From a virus (lineage: Duplodnaviria > Caudoviricetes), in IMG/VR virus record IMGVR_UViG_3300032038_000015, positions 32,001 through 96,000 of that record: a stretch of DNA of 64,000 nucleotides; one strand, given 5' to 3'. Made by a program: the position numbers and the translations under genes. The notes under the pieces were generated by a model, which saw only the letters and a list, made by a program, of their open reading frames with translations, made no database searches and was not told the origin of the DNA. Of the stretch, positions 1 through 8,751 are shown in pieces. Positions within the stretch are counted from its first letter, which is position 1, and the number at the start of each line of letters is the position of its first letter.

Positions 1-1071
1 AGAGAAAAAGAAAATTATAAGGCAGGTGGGAATTTTATCTCTGATTGTGATTTAAGAAAAGAATTTACACAGTTAAAGAAAAAAGATGAATATTCTTGGT
101 TAAATAATATATCTAATAATGTAACAAAACAAGCAATAAAGGATGCTTGTAATGCATATAAGAGATTTTTTAAAGGATATTCAAAATTTCCGAAGTTTAA
201 AAGTCGTAAATGTTCCACTCCGTCATTTTATCAAGATAATGTAAAAATCCAATTCACTGATACACATGTCAAGATAGAAGGGTTCTCTTCCTCTAAAAAG
301 AAAAATAAACAGAAATTGAATTGGATTAGATTGGCAGAGCATGGACGCATTCCTACTGACCATAAATACACTAATCCTCGTATCAAATATGATGGGATAA
401 ACTGGTATATTACTATTGGTATTGAATGTGAAGATTCTGCTACTCTTCCATCAAATGAAGGTATTGGAATTGATCTAGGAATTAAGGATTTGGCAATATG
501 TTCTGATGGCAACAAATATCAGAATATAAATAAAACTCAAAAAGTTAAAAAGTTAGAAAAAAGAAAACGCAAGTTGCAGCGTTCTATATCAAGAAAATAT
601 GAGAAAAACAGGAAAGGGGGAAGTTACTGTAAAACAAGTAACATTATAAAAAGTGAAAAAGAACTTTTAAAATTAAATCATAGACTAACGAATATTCGTC
701 AGAACTATTTACATCAAACAACATCTGAGATTATAAAACGAGAACCAAGTTTTATTTGTATTGAAGATTTGAATGTAAAAGGAATGATGAAGAACAGACA
801 TTTATCTAAAGCTGTTCAGCAACAATGTTTTGGAGAATTTAGACGACAAATTGAATATAAATCAGCATGGAATAATATTTCAGTAATCATTGCGGACAGA
901 TTCTTTCCGAGTTCTAAATTGTGTAGTTGTTGTGGAAGCATCAAAAAAGATTTAAAGTTGTCAGATCGTATTTACATGTGTAAATGTGGAAATATTATTG
1001 ACAGAGATTATCAAGCAGCTTTAAATCTAAAAAGATATGGAGAAAATGTGATGAAACAATCTGTAGCATAA
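1..1071 (+). CDS. tnpB: IS607-family TnpB RNA-guided nuclease, 5'-truncated by the window edge
   Basis: Frame 1 is open from base 1 (REKENYKAGG...). RuvC motifs GIDLG, IEDL and DRDYQAA plus zinc finger CSCC..CKC are present. Paralogous to 28205-29380. Confidence 0.93.
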   Translation, partial: REKENYKAGGNFISDCDLRKEFTQLKKKDEYSWLNNISNNVTKQAIKDACNAYKRFFKGYSKFPKFKSRKCSTPSFYQDNVKIQFTDTHVKIEGFSSSKKKNKQKLNWIRLAEHGRIPTDHKYTNPRIKYDGINWYITIGIECEDSATLPSNEGIGIDLGIKDLAICSDGNKYQNINKTQKVKKLEKRKRKLQRSISRKYEKNRKGGSYCKTSNIIKSEKELLKLNHRLTNIRQNYLHQTTSEIIKREPSFICIEDLNVKGMMKNRHLSKAVQQQCFGEFRRQIEYKSAWNNISVIIADRFFPSSKLCSCCGSIKKDLKLSDRIYMCKCGNIIDRDYQAALNLKRYGENVMKQSVA

Positions 1072-1241
1072 CACTTTCAAGTTAATACAGATATGTACGG
1101 ATACGTTAGTTCGGAATTTACGCCTATGGAGTGTACAAGAACCTGTTAGTAGATATTGTAAAAATACAAATCAAAAGCATACACTTTGAAGTAGGAATGA
1201 AACATAAAAGTTTATAACTTTTTATAAGTTTTCAGTAACGG
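1072..1241 (+). ncRNA. TnpB omegaRNA scaffold and IS607 right end (copy 1); guide starts at 1242
   Basis: Near-identical to 29381-29550; identity stops exactly after TTCAGTAACGG. Confidence 0.8.
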
Positions 1242-1305
1242 GAGTGTACCTTATATGGATGCTACCCTCTTTTACTATGTAAATTTCTAAGAAAGGAATT
1301 TTCTT

Positions 1306-1680
1306 ATGAAAAAATATGAAAAGCCAATTATGACTATTATTGAAAATCAATCAGAAGGTATTTACATGGCAAGCGGTTGTTACACAACTACTGCTACTAT
1401 CCATCAAAGACCTGAAATTGGTAGAGGCGATTATCGTATTCAGATAAACGGAATACATAATGCTGACCATACTAAAGAGTCGCAGATTTTAACAATTAAT
1501 TTCAATATGCCAGTTGAATATGTTGGTTCTAATGGAAATCTGATTAGTGGAAATGATTCTACGGTTTTACAGATTAAACTGAACTATCATCAGAATCCTA
1601 ACGACAATATCGGAATTGGCGACTTAATTGTAAAGGCAGATAGCGGATTAAGTATTGTTGGTGTAAATATTACTGATTAA
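1306..1680 (+). CDS. hypothetical protein
   Basis: ORF with RBS GAAAGGA. Confidence 0.6.
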   Translation: MKKYEKPIMTIIENQSEGIYMASGCYTTTATIHQRPEIGRGDYRIQINGIHNADHTKESQILTINFNMPVEYVGSNGNLISGNDSTVLQIKLNYHQNPNDNIGIGDLIVKADSGLSIVGVNITD

Positions 1681-1739
1681 AAAATATACCGAAAAGGTAA
1701 GAACAAAAATATTAAGGAAAATAAAGGAGAAAATTAAAA

Positions 1740-2027
1740 ATGGTAAAGAACGACGTATTAAGAAATGTAGCAGGTAAATTAGAAGGATGTTCGCAGAAGG
1801 ATATTGAAGCTGTTCTTTCGGCTTATGCTGAATTTGTAATTGAGACTCTTTCAAGTGATAAGACAGAGAAAGTTCCCATGATTGGAATTGGTAGCTTTAC
1901 TGCAAAGCATGTGAATGAGAAGTCTGGAATTGTTCAGCTTGGGGAGAACAAGGGTTCTACATGGCATAAAGATGCTGAGGATCAGTTAGTATTTAAGATT
2001 TCTAAGTCAGTTAAAACACTTGCATAA
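1740..2027 (+). CDS. hup: HU-family DNA-binding protein
   Basis: 95 aa; KVPMIGIGSF and LVFKISKSVK resemble HU/IHF signatures. Confidence 0.85.
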   Translation: MVKNDVLRNVAGKLEGCSQKDIEAVLSAYAEFVIETLSSDKTEKVPMIGIGSFTAKHVNEKSGIVQLGENKGSTWHKDAEDQLVFKISKSVKTLA

Positions 2028-2038
2028 TCTGAAAGGTC

Positions 2039-2605
2039 GTGATTATTATTAAAACATTACATTTTGAAGACTATGAAAATTTTGCTTGTGCTGTTGCAGA
2101 TGCATATGACAGAGTAAAATCTGATGATGAATATAATTCAGTAGATGTTGTTGCTAAATATGAAGATGCAAAAGAGATTATTCGTGAACTTGTTGGAATA
2201 GGTTATGGTATTGCATTTATTGATGGGTTTGGCGATCCTGAATGGGACGGTTATGATGATGCTTTCGTTGTCAGCTTATTAGATGATGAAATTTGGTGTG
2301 AACCTGTAAAGCGAAAAGACGGTTATATCTTTGTTGAAGCTGATGTTGTATATATTTTTGACGATTGTAATTCTAAGATTATTCCAAAGATTGAATCTGA
2401 TGAGGTATATGAAGTAGAAATTGGCAATGAATATGATGATTGTGATAGTGATTGTAAAAATTGCGATTGTCATAATGTGGCTACTACTTCTTCTACTTCT
2501 TACGAAGTTAATGGCAAAGAAGTAACAAAAGAAGAATATGATAAGGCTGTTGAGGATATTTCAGGCTTTCTTAGTTTTGTAAATAAAATCTGGGATATCA
2601 TTTAA
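2039..2605 (+). CDS. acidic hypothetical phage protein
   Basis: ORF with RBS, followed by a hairpin and T-tract at about 2612-2653. Confidence 0.6.
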   Translation: MIIIKTLHFEDYENFACAVADAYDRVKSDDEYNSVDVVAKYEDAKEIIRELVGIGYGIAFIDGFGDPEWDGYDDAFVVSLLDDEIWCEPVKRKDGYIFVEADVVYIFDDCNSKIIPKIESDEVYEVEIGNEYDDCDSDCKNCDCHNVATTSSTSYEVNGKEVTKEEYDKAVEDISGFLSFVNKIWDII

Positions 2606-2656
2606 GTTGTTTAGAGTGTGTGGAGTGTGTGGTGTATATTGCACACTCTTTTTGTA

Positions 2657-2703
2657 TGGGCGAGATTAGGTTCTTCGTTGTGGTTCGATTCCACAGTCGT
2701 CCA
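2657..2703 (+). other. tRNA-like minihelix (acceptor stem plus T-arm only)
   Basis: GGGCGA...TCGTCC(A) closing stem and TGTGG-TTCGATT-CCACA T-arm; no D or anticodon arm. Confidence 0.4.
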
Positions 2704-2932
2704 TTTTTGATGTTTCTGTGAATGGAAACAGAGAATGTGAATATAGGTTGAACGGATAGTTCAGTGAAGAGTTTTATAGAATGGCATTGCTCTCCTATCT
2801 CTACCTTCGTTAGTGAAACGCATGTATAGGGTATGTTCCTATCGCACTAACTAGCGGAGAGGTACACGTTGTGAAACGTCAGTAAATCCTCTCCTTTTAC
2901 TAGAAAATATTTTTAGAAAAGGAGAAATTTAA

Positions 2933-3220
2933 ATGGATGAAATTATTTTAAAAGAAGAAAATGGTCAAGTATTGGCAAGTAGTCGAGATGTTGCTGAAAA
3001 GTTTGGAAAGAAACATGCTGAAGTTCTTTATTCTATTGAAGGACGTGTAGCATGGGACAAGACAAAGGGTAAAAATGTTGTAAAACATAATGGTTTGTTA
3101 ATGGGTGGTCATGACCAACTATTAAAAATGTTTATAAAAAATGAGTATATAGATTCTAAAGGTCGTACTCAATATGAATATTTAATGAACCGTGATGGTT
3201 TTTCTCTTCTTGTCAAGTGA
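2933..3220 (+). pseudogene. Rha-family regulatory/antirepressor protein, C-terminally truncated
   Basis: SSRDVAEKFGKKH and YLMNRDGFSLLV motifs; the ORF stops where Rha proteins normally continue MGFTG. Confidence 0.7.
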
Positions 3221-4239
3221 CGAAACATTTTGGAACATTACAGAATCTATTAAAAAAAGCTGGTATTCAATCAACTACTAATCCAAACTTATTCAATAGA
3301 GAGCAATTATCGGATGAAGAAATGTTGGAAAATTATAAGAAGTTTGTTGAAGAACATTTGAAAACACATATGTTTTTACCAACAAATGATGATTTAGATA
3401 AATGCCAATCAATTCAGTGTACATCAGTATATATCAGTAGATTTGGTTCGTTTAATAATGTGAATAAACTTATTGGATATGAGGGATACAATAATAAGGT
3501 ATTAGAAGAAGACATGATTTTCAAATATAAGAGGGCTTGTAAGGAATATGGGACTGTGTTATCTAGCAGAGAGATAACAAAAATATCCAAAGCTACAAAT
3601 AATTATATTTATTCAACAGAAGCATATCTTAATCATTTTGGTACGTTACATAACTTACAAGAATTATGTGGTTTTGATAAAACAATTCCAGGTAGAGGTG
3701 CAACGAGAGAAGAACTTATTGAGAAATTACAATGGCTAGGTGATGTTTTAGGTCGTAGACCACTTGAATCTGACTTAAAATTATATAAAAGAATGCCATC
3801 TGGTAATGCATATTTTAAGGAGTTCGGAAGTTTCAGAAAAGCACTTAATGAAGCAGGATTTAAAAAACAAAAAATATATGAAACAAAAAACGGTACAAAA
3901 TGTCGTTCTACGTATGAGTTAAAATTAGCTCAAGTCTTAGAATCTTATAATATATCATTTGAAAACGAAGTTCTTTATAAAGATGTAATTCCCAATTTTA
4001 AGCGAAAATATAGATTTGATTTTGTCGTGGAGTTAAACAATCGAAATTATTATATTGAATTATTTGGTATTGAAGGTAACGAGTTATATGAAAAGCGAAA
4101 GCAGGAAAAGATTCAAATTTGCGAAGAAAACAATATTCCATTAATTCAATTATATCAAAGTGATATATATTCAAAAACTAATCAAGAAATTTATGAAACA
4201 TTATTTAATTATATAGAAGATTTGAAAGAAGTGGCGTAA
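3217..4239 (+). CDS. homing-endonuclease-like protein (repeated Y..FG[ST] helical units plus C-terminal PD-(D/E)xK-like domain), probably N-truncated
   Basis: Repeats HFGTL, RFGSF, HFGTL, EFGSF; RSTYE..YRFDF..YIELFG. Confidence 0.65.
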   Translation: MTKHFGTLQNLLKKAGIQSTTNPNLFNREQLSDEEMLENYKKFVEEHLKTHMFLPTNDDLDKCQSIQCTSVYISRFGSFNNVNKLIGYEGYNNKVLEEDMIFKYKRACKEYGTVLSSREITKISKATNNYIYSTEAYLNHFGTLHNLQELCGFDKTIPGRGATREELIEKLQWLGDVLGRRPLESDLKLYKRMPSGNAYFKEFGSFRKALNEAGFKKQKIYETKNGTKCRSTYELKLAQVLESYNISFENEVLYKDVIPNFKRKYRFDFVVELNNRNYYIELFGIEGNELYEKRKQEKIQICEENNIPLIQLYQSDIYSKTNQEIYETLFNYIEDLKEVA

Positions 4240-4277
4240 CTACTATTGTTATCTCACTTCTTTTTGTTTGAAAGGAA

Positions 4278-5309
4278 GTGATTGTATTGGACGGAAAGAT
4301 AGCAAATAGAACTGATGAGATTACGGAAGATGAATGGTTGGAAATAAATAAAACTAATAGAGATATGGTTCAAGACTATCTCGACAACCAATCCGATCTT
4401 TCTGTAAAAACTCGACCAGCGTATCGTTCGGGTTTGAGAATATTTTTCAAATATGTACATGATTATCTTGGGGACAAGGATTTTACACAGATTAAAAAGA
4501 AAGAATTTCAGAAATACCTGAATTGGCTAACGAATCGTGGCTTGTCAGATTCTGCTATTAAATTTAAAAAATCATGTGTAAGTGCATTTTGTAATTATGT
4601 AATGATGATGTATGAGGATGAGATGCCAACCTTCAGGAATTTCACCATCGGGTTAAAAGTGGTAAAAACTGGATATGTACATGAAAAAGTACCTCTTACG
4701 CCAGATGAATATGTTGCATTATGCGAAGAATTAGAAAGACGTGAAGAATGGCAAAAACTTGCATATGTTGTATTTTCTTATAGTACAGGATGTCGAAGAG
4801 CTGAAGCTAGACAGCTTCTTAAAGAAGTTGTTGATTATCCTGCCAAAGAAAAGAAAATTAAAATTCTCGATGAAGATGGCAAAGAGGTAGAAGCTATTTC
4901 AAGACAATATCAAACACATACCATAAGATGTAAGGGTGCTTCGATTCAAGGTAAACAAAGAAAGCTTAAATTTGGGGAAGATGCAATGCATTGGCTTAAA
5001 AAATGGATTGAAGTACGTGGAGATGATGATTGCCCTTATATGTTTGTTGTAAAAACTAAAGATGGTTCAAAGGTGCGACAGATTGGATATAGTGCATTCA
5101 ATGATTGGTGTATAAATGAATTTTCTGAAATTGTTGGTAGGCGTAGTACGCCACATAACTTCCGACGGAGTAGAGCGACCAATCTTGTATGTTATGACCA
5201 TCGTGCATTGGAAACAGCACAGAAACTTTTGGGACACGAATCTTCCGAAACCACTCAGATGTATGTGATTCGTGAAGACACTGAGGATGCCGATGAAGCT
5301 TTCGTCTAA
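4278..5309 (+). CDS. tyrosine recombinase (XerC/D-like)
   Basis: Catalytic R (TGCRRAE), HNFRR, LGH and Y (TQMY) all present. Confidence 0.9.
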   Translation: MIVLDGKIANRTDEITEDEWLEINKTNRDMVQDYLDNQSDLSVKTRPAYRSGLRIFFKYVHDYLGDKDFTQIKKKEFQKYLNWLTNRGLSDSAIKFKKSCVSAFCNYVMMMYEDEMPTFRNFTIGLKVVKTGYVHEKVPLTPDEYVALCEELERREEWQKLAYVVFSYSTGCRRAEARQLLKEVVDYPAKEKKIKILDEDGKEVEAISRQYQTHTIRCKGASIQGKQRKLKFGEDAMHWLKKWIEVRGDDDCPYMFVVKTKDGSKVRQIGYSAFNDWCINEFSEIVGRRSTPHNFRRSRATNLVCYDHRALETAQKLLGHESSETTQMYVIREDTEDADEAFV

Positions 5310-5379
5310 TACTTAACGTCTAACACTTCGTCTAATTCCCTCTTGCACCACATTTGAATATGTGTTACAATACAAAGGA

Positions 5380-5497
5380 ATTAAAGATAACAAATAAAAG
5401 ACACTATCCGTAAAGCAGAACGGTTGTCTTGAAATCAAATATTGGAAAGAACGAATCTAACCGCCATCAGTTTACCAGACCAGGGTGGTTATTTTCT
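5380..5497 (+). ncRNA. putative antisense antitoxin sRNA of a type I TA system
   Basis: Promoter TTGCAC-17-TACAAT at about 5344-5372; terminator TAACCGCC...GGTGGTTA-TTTT; convergent with the toxin 3' end. Confidence 0.6.
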
Positions 5498-5599
5498 TGC
5501 GTTCTCACCAATCTCATATCCAATCTTATATGCTGATGTACATAAAATACTAGCAATTCCTAAAGCATAATAAACAGTTTGTAATGAAATTGTTATCAT
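5489..5599 (-). CDS. putative type I toxin, 36-aa membrane peptide MITISLQTVYYALGIASILCTSAYKIGYEIGENARK
   Basis: RBS AAAGGAGG; promoter TTGACA-17-TATAAT at about 5708-5736; single hydrophobic segment with a charged tail. Too short for the ORF track. Confidence 0.75.
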   Translation of the reverse strand: MITISLQTVYYALGIASILCTSAYKIGYEIGENARK

Positions 5600-5920
5600 T
5601 TGCAAGTGTCCTCCTTTCATAAATTCCTCGAAAGGTTTCTATGTAAACAGAGCTTGTACTCTCTGGTGGAAGACAACCGCTCTACCGTCTTAGATAGTGT
5701 TGATGTTATTATATATCATCTGACGCATTCTGTCAAAATATTCCAAGTAAGTATAAATTTGAACAAGAAAGCATAGTAACGTGATATTCGAGCCGAGAGG
5801 TGACGACAATGTAGCGAACAAATAATAATCAATAAGCATAAATGGATTGCGAAAGTTTTCTAATTTAAAACTGCGTATGTACAGTCCAATATCAGCTAGT
5901 TAGTGCTTTATGCTGAACAT

Positions 5921-5992
5921 TGGGGTATCGCCAAGTGGTAAGGCACAGGAATTTGACTCCTGTATTTGTAGGTTCAAATCCTACTACCTCAG
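5921..5992 (+). tRNA. tRNA-Gln(UUG)
   Basis: Cloverleaf: TGGGGTA/TACCTCA acceptor, CAGGA-ATTTGAC-TCCTG anticodon arm, GTAGG-TTCAAAT-CCTAC T-arm. Confidence 0.9.
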
Positions 5993-6026
5993 TTATGATT
6001 AAAAGGAAACGAAAATAAAGAAAGGA

Positions 6027-6320
6027 GTGTATATAATGGCATATTTACAGGTTACTGAAAACGACTTGGAAATTGGTGATGTATTAAGTATTACAAGTGA
6101 TAATGGTAAAACTTTAAAAGCCTTGCAGATGCTTATTGGAAATCAGACAAAAGCAAGTATGAGTATTGATTTTGATAACAATTGTCTTGTTTTTAAAGTA
6201 AATGACACAGATATGAATTTACCACAATTACAGTGTAATTTGTCAAAGTCTACCATTAAAAATATGATTTGCGGATTAAAAGAATTTTACAATTTATTAA
6301 GTGAGGAGGCAACAGAATAA
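6027..6320 (+). CDS. hypothetical protein
   Basis: ORF with RBS; the real start is probably ATG 6036. Confidence 0.6.
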   Translation: MYIMAYLQVTENDLEIGDVLSITSDNGKTLKALQMLIGNQTKASMSIDFDNNCLVFKVNDTDMNLPQLQCNLSKSTIKNMICGLKEFYNLLSEEATE

Positions 6321-6796
6321 TGAAATTAGCACAGAAAACAGAAATTAACGAAGACGTAATCACAGTAAGTTTAAATGTTGAAGAATTGGGTGATAGCGTA
6401 AGAGATGCTGACACAGAGAAAAATCAGTTACATAATTTCGTAAGATATATCGAATATAACCAGATTGACTTCTCTGGGAATTTGAAACTTTCAGATACAG
6501 GAATTCCTGTGATTGTTACTGATGAGCCAGACGGTTCTACTATTGAAAAGGTTACAATCTCTGATTTAGTAAATAAAAAATATATCCTCGATGAGAATTT
6601 ATCTATTACACTTTCTATTGATATAAATAAAATTCCTACTACTTCTCTTGGTACAGTGTTTAATACTCCTGAAAAGTTAGGACAGGCAATGGCAGTTCTT
6701 TTCTTGGAAAAAGTGAAAGCTGCAATCACAACAAAATTAACAGAAATTAGAGCATTAGCTAACGATTTTGAAGCAGAAACTTCTGTTGTATTATAA
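6320..6796 (+). CDS. hypothetical protein
   Basis: Translationally coupled ORF (TAATG overlap). Confidence 0.6.
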   Translation: MKLAQKTEINEDVITVSLNVEELGDSVRDADTEKNQLHNFVRYIEYNQIDFSGNLKLSDTGIPVIVTDEPDGSTIEKVTISDLVNKKYILDENLSITLSIDINKIPTTSLGTVFNTPEKLGQAMAVLFLEKVKAAITTKLTEIRALANDFEAETSVVL

Positions 6797-6823
6797 TATA
6801 TTATTAAGGAGTAGTGTTAAATT

Positions 6824-7006
6824 TTGAAAAAGAAAATTGATAGAGAATATGGTACTCAAGATAGAAAAGAGATGTTTTATCTGATTGATAATGGCATCTC
6901 TTTTTTGTTTGCAAAAACCGATGAAAATGGAATAACTACTTGGAAGTTTAAGAAAAGTAAAGCTTTGTTTGATTTATTAAGTAACTATTATTCAAACAGA
7001 GAATAA
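6824..7006 (+). CDS. small DUF5659-like protein
   Basis: 60 aa with pattern L...G.....W.F..S..L; resembles the intron-1 ORF at 36288. Confidence 0.5.
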   Translation: MKKKIDREYGTQDRKEMFYLIDNGISFLFAKTDENGITTWKFKKSKALFDLLSNYYSNRE

Positions 7007-7032
7007 ATATTTGAATAAAGGAGTAGAGAATT

Positions 7033-8194
7033 ATGGGTTTGATTACTAACGAAGTTGAAATAACATTGAACAATAGAACTATAAGATGGTATGAAAATAA
7101 AGGATATGAAATTCCTAAGTATTATAATAAAAAAACGTTGTAAATATATTATAAAAAGCGGAACAAAAATCAAGGTGAAAGTTGAAGACTTAACAAATGG
7201 AAGTAACGCCATTGTAAATTGTATATGTGATGAATGCAAAACTAAAACAGAAATGACATGGTATACATATAGAAAAATTAATCATAATGGCAAAACATAT
7301 TGTAAGCCTTGTGCTTTAAAAATTTTTAATAGTCGAGAAAACCATCCATTATGGAATTTTAACAAAACAGATAAAGAAAGAGAAATAGGAAGAAAGTATC
7401 CAGAATATCATATATTTACTAAAAATGTAATGGCTAGAGATAAATATATTTGTCAATGTTGTGGTGAAAGGGCAACGGATGTACATCATTTATATGGATA
7501 TGCCAATTATCCAGAATACAGATTAGACCAACAATATGCCTTAGCTCTTTGTTCAAAATGTCATAACGCATTTCATAATTGGCATTTAATGAAATATGGT
7601 GCAAAACAAAAAGGCAATAATACTAAAGAGCAATTTGATGAGTGGATTGGACAAAGTAAAATAATAGATGGACAATATGATGGAGATCTTCCAGAGTCCA
7701 GATGGGCGTATTGTATAACTGATAATAAAATAATAGAAAATATACCAGAATACGCAAAAAAGAACAATTTAAATTCTTCTAATATATACAGATGTTGTAA
7801 TAAAAAACAGCCTATGTATAAAAAGAAAATATACATATGGTATGATATATACAAACAAATGAGCAATAACCAAATTCAACAATATATAAATAATTGTATG
7901 CATAATACTAGAATAAAAAGTGTTGTATGTATCAACTATAAATTATTATTTGATTCTGCTAAAGATGCTCAATTGTATTTTGGAGTATGGAATAGTTTTA
8001 TAATAAAATGTTGTAAAGGAATTTTTGAATATGCTGGTATATTAGAAACAGGTGAAAAATTAATATGGAAATATTCTTTCGATATAAAAGATATTTCCAA
8101 ATACACATATATAAATAGAAATGAATGTAAGAAGCTTGCTGAAATTCGTGCATTGAATAATACTTTTGAAGGAACTACAGAATATACTCTGTAA
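7033..8194 (+). pseudogene. HNH endonuclease with C-terminal NUMOD-like DNA-binding repeats, frameshifted at A7 (7129-7135)
   Basis: RDKYICQCC..DVHH..LCSKCHNAFH. RBS and ATG at 7033 (MGLITNEVEI...YENKGYEIPK) are in a different frame from the body of the gene. Confidence 0.75.
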
Positions 8195-8228
8195 AAAATA
8201 ATGGGTGGTACTCTTCCACCCTAAATAT

Positions 8229-8299
8229 GGGGAATTAGTCAAAAGGTAAGACAATGGATTTTCATTCCATGAGTATCGGTTCGAGTCCGTTATGCCCTA
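8229..8299 (+). tRNA. tRNA-Glu(UUC)
   Basis: ATGGA-TTTTCAT-TCCAT anticodon arm and TTCGAGT T-loop; one mismatch each in the acceptor and T stems. Confidence 0.8.
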
Positions 8300-8507
8300 T
8301 TTCGTGCGGTAAACCTGATGTCGAAGGATTTTGCTGTGGTGTACATACGGTTCTATCCCTGGTGGCTCATCACTATCCTACCGCCCTATACAGTTATAAT
8401 CAGTTTGGCGACTGATTGGTAAATATTAAAACTTTTTAACCGACTTTCTATGGTCGGTTTTGTTATATAAAAAATCGACTAAATAAAAAGAAAGTGAGGA
8501 ATAAAAA

Positions 8508-8732
8508 ATGATTTTATGTTCAGAATATGGCGGTCAGCCAAATACAATTATCTGTAGTTTCGTATGTGACTCTGTTGATGAGGTAAAAGATTTGCCGACA
8601 ACTAAAAAGCTAGGAAGCGGTTCGTTTTCAGATTTCAACCATTATGCAAATATTGGTTCGACAGTAATTATTGGTAATAATGGTGCAACAAAGGTAATGA
8701 TGTTATTCAGTTCTGGCTGGCAAGATCTATAA
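8508..8732 (+). CDS. small hypothetical virion-associated protein
   Basis: ORF with RBS upstream of the fibre-like gene. Confidence 0.55.
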   Translation: MILCSEYGGQPNTIICSFVCDSVDEVKDLPTTKKLGSGSFSDFNHYANIGSTVIIGNNGATKVMMLFSSGWQDL

Positions 8733-8751
8733 GAAAGGAGTGGCTATATAA

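Noticed and set aside
1128-1136. Copy-1 guide start (GGAGTGTAC) matches its own omegaRNA
   Set aside because: Only 9 nt and not preceded by the inferred GAGGG motif; probably coincidence.
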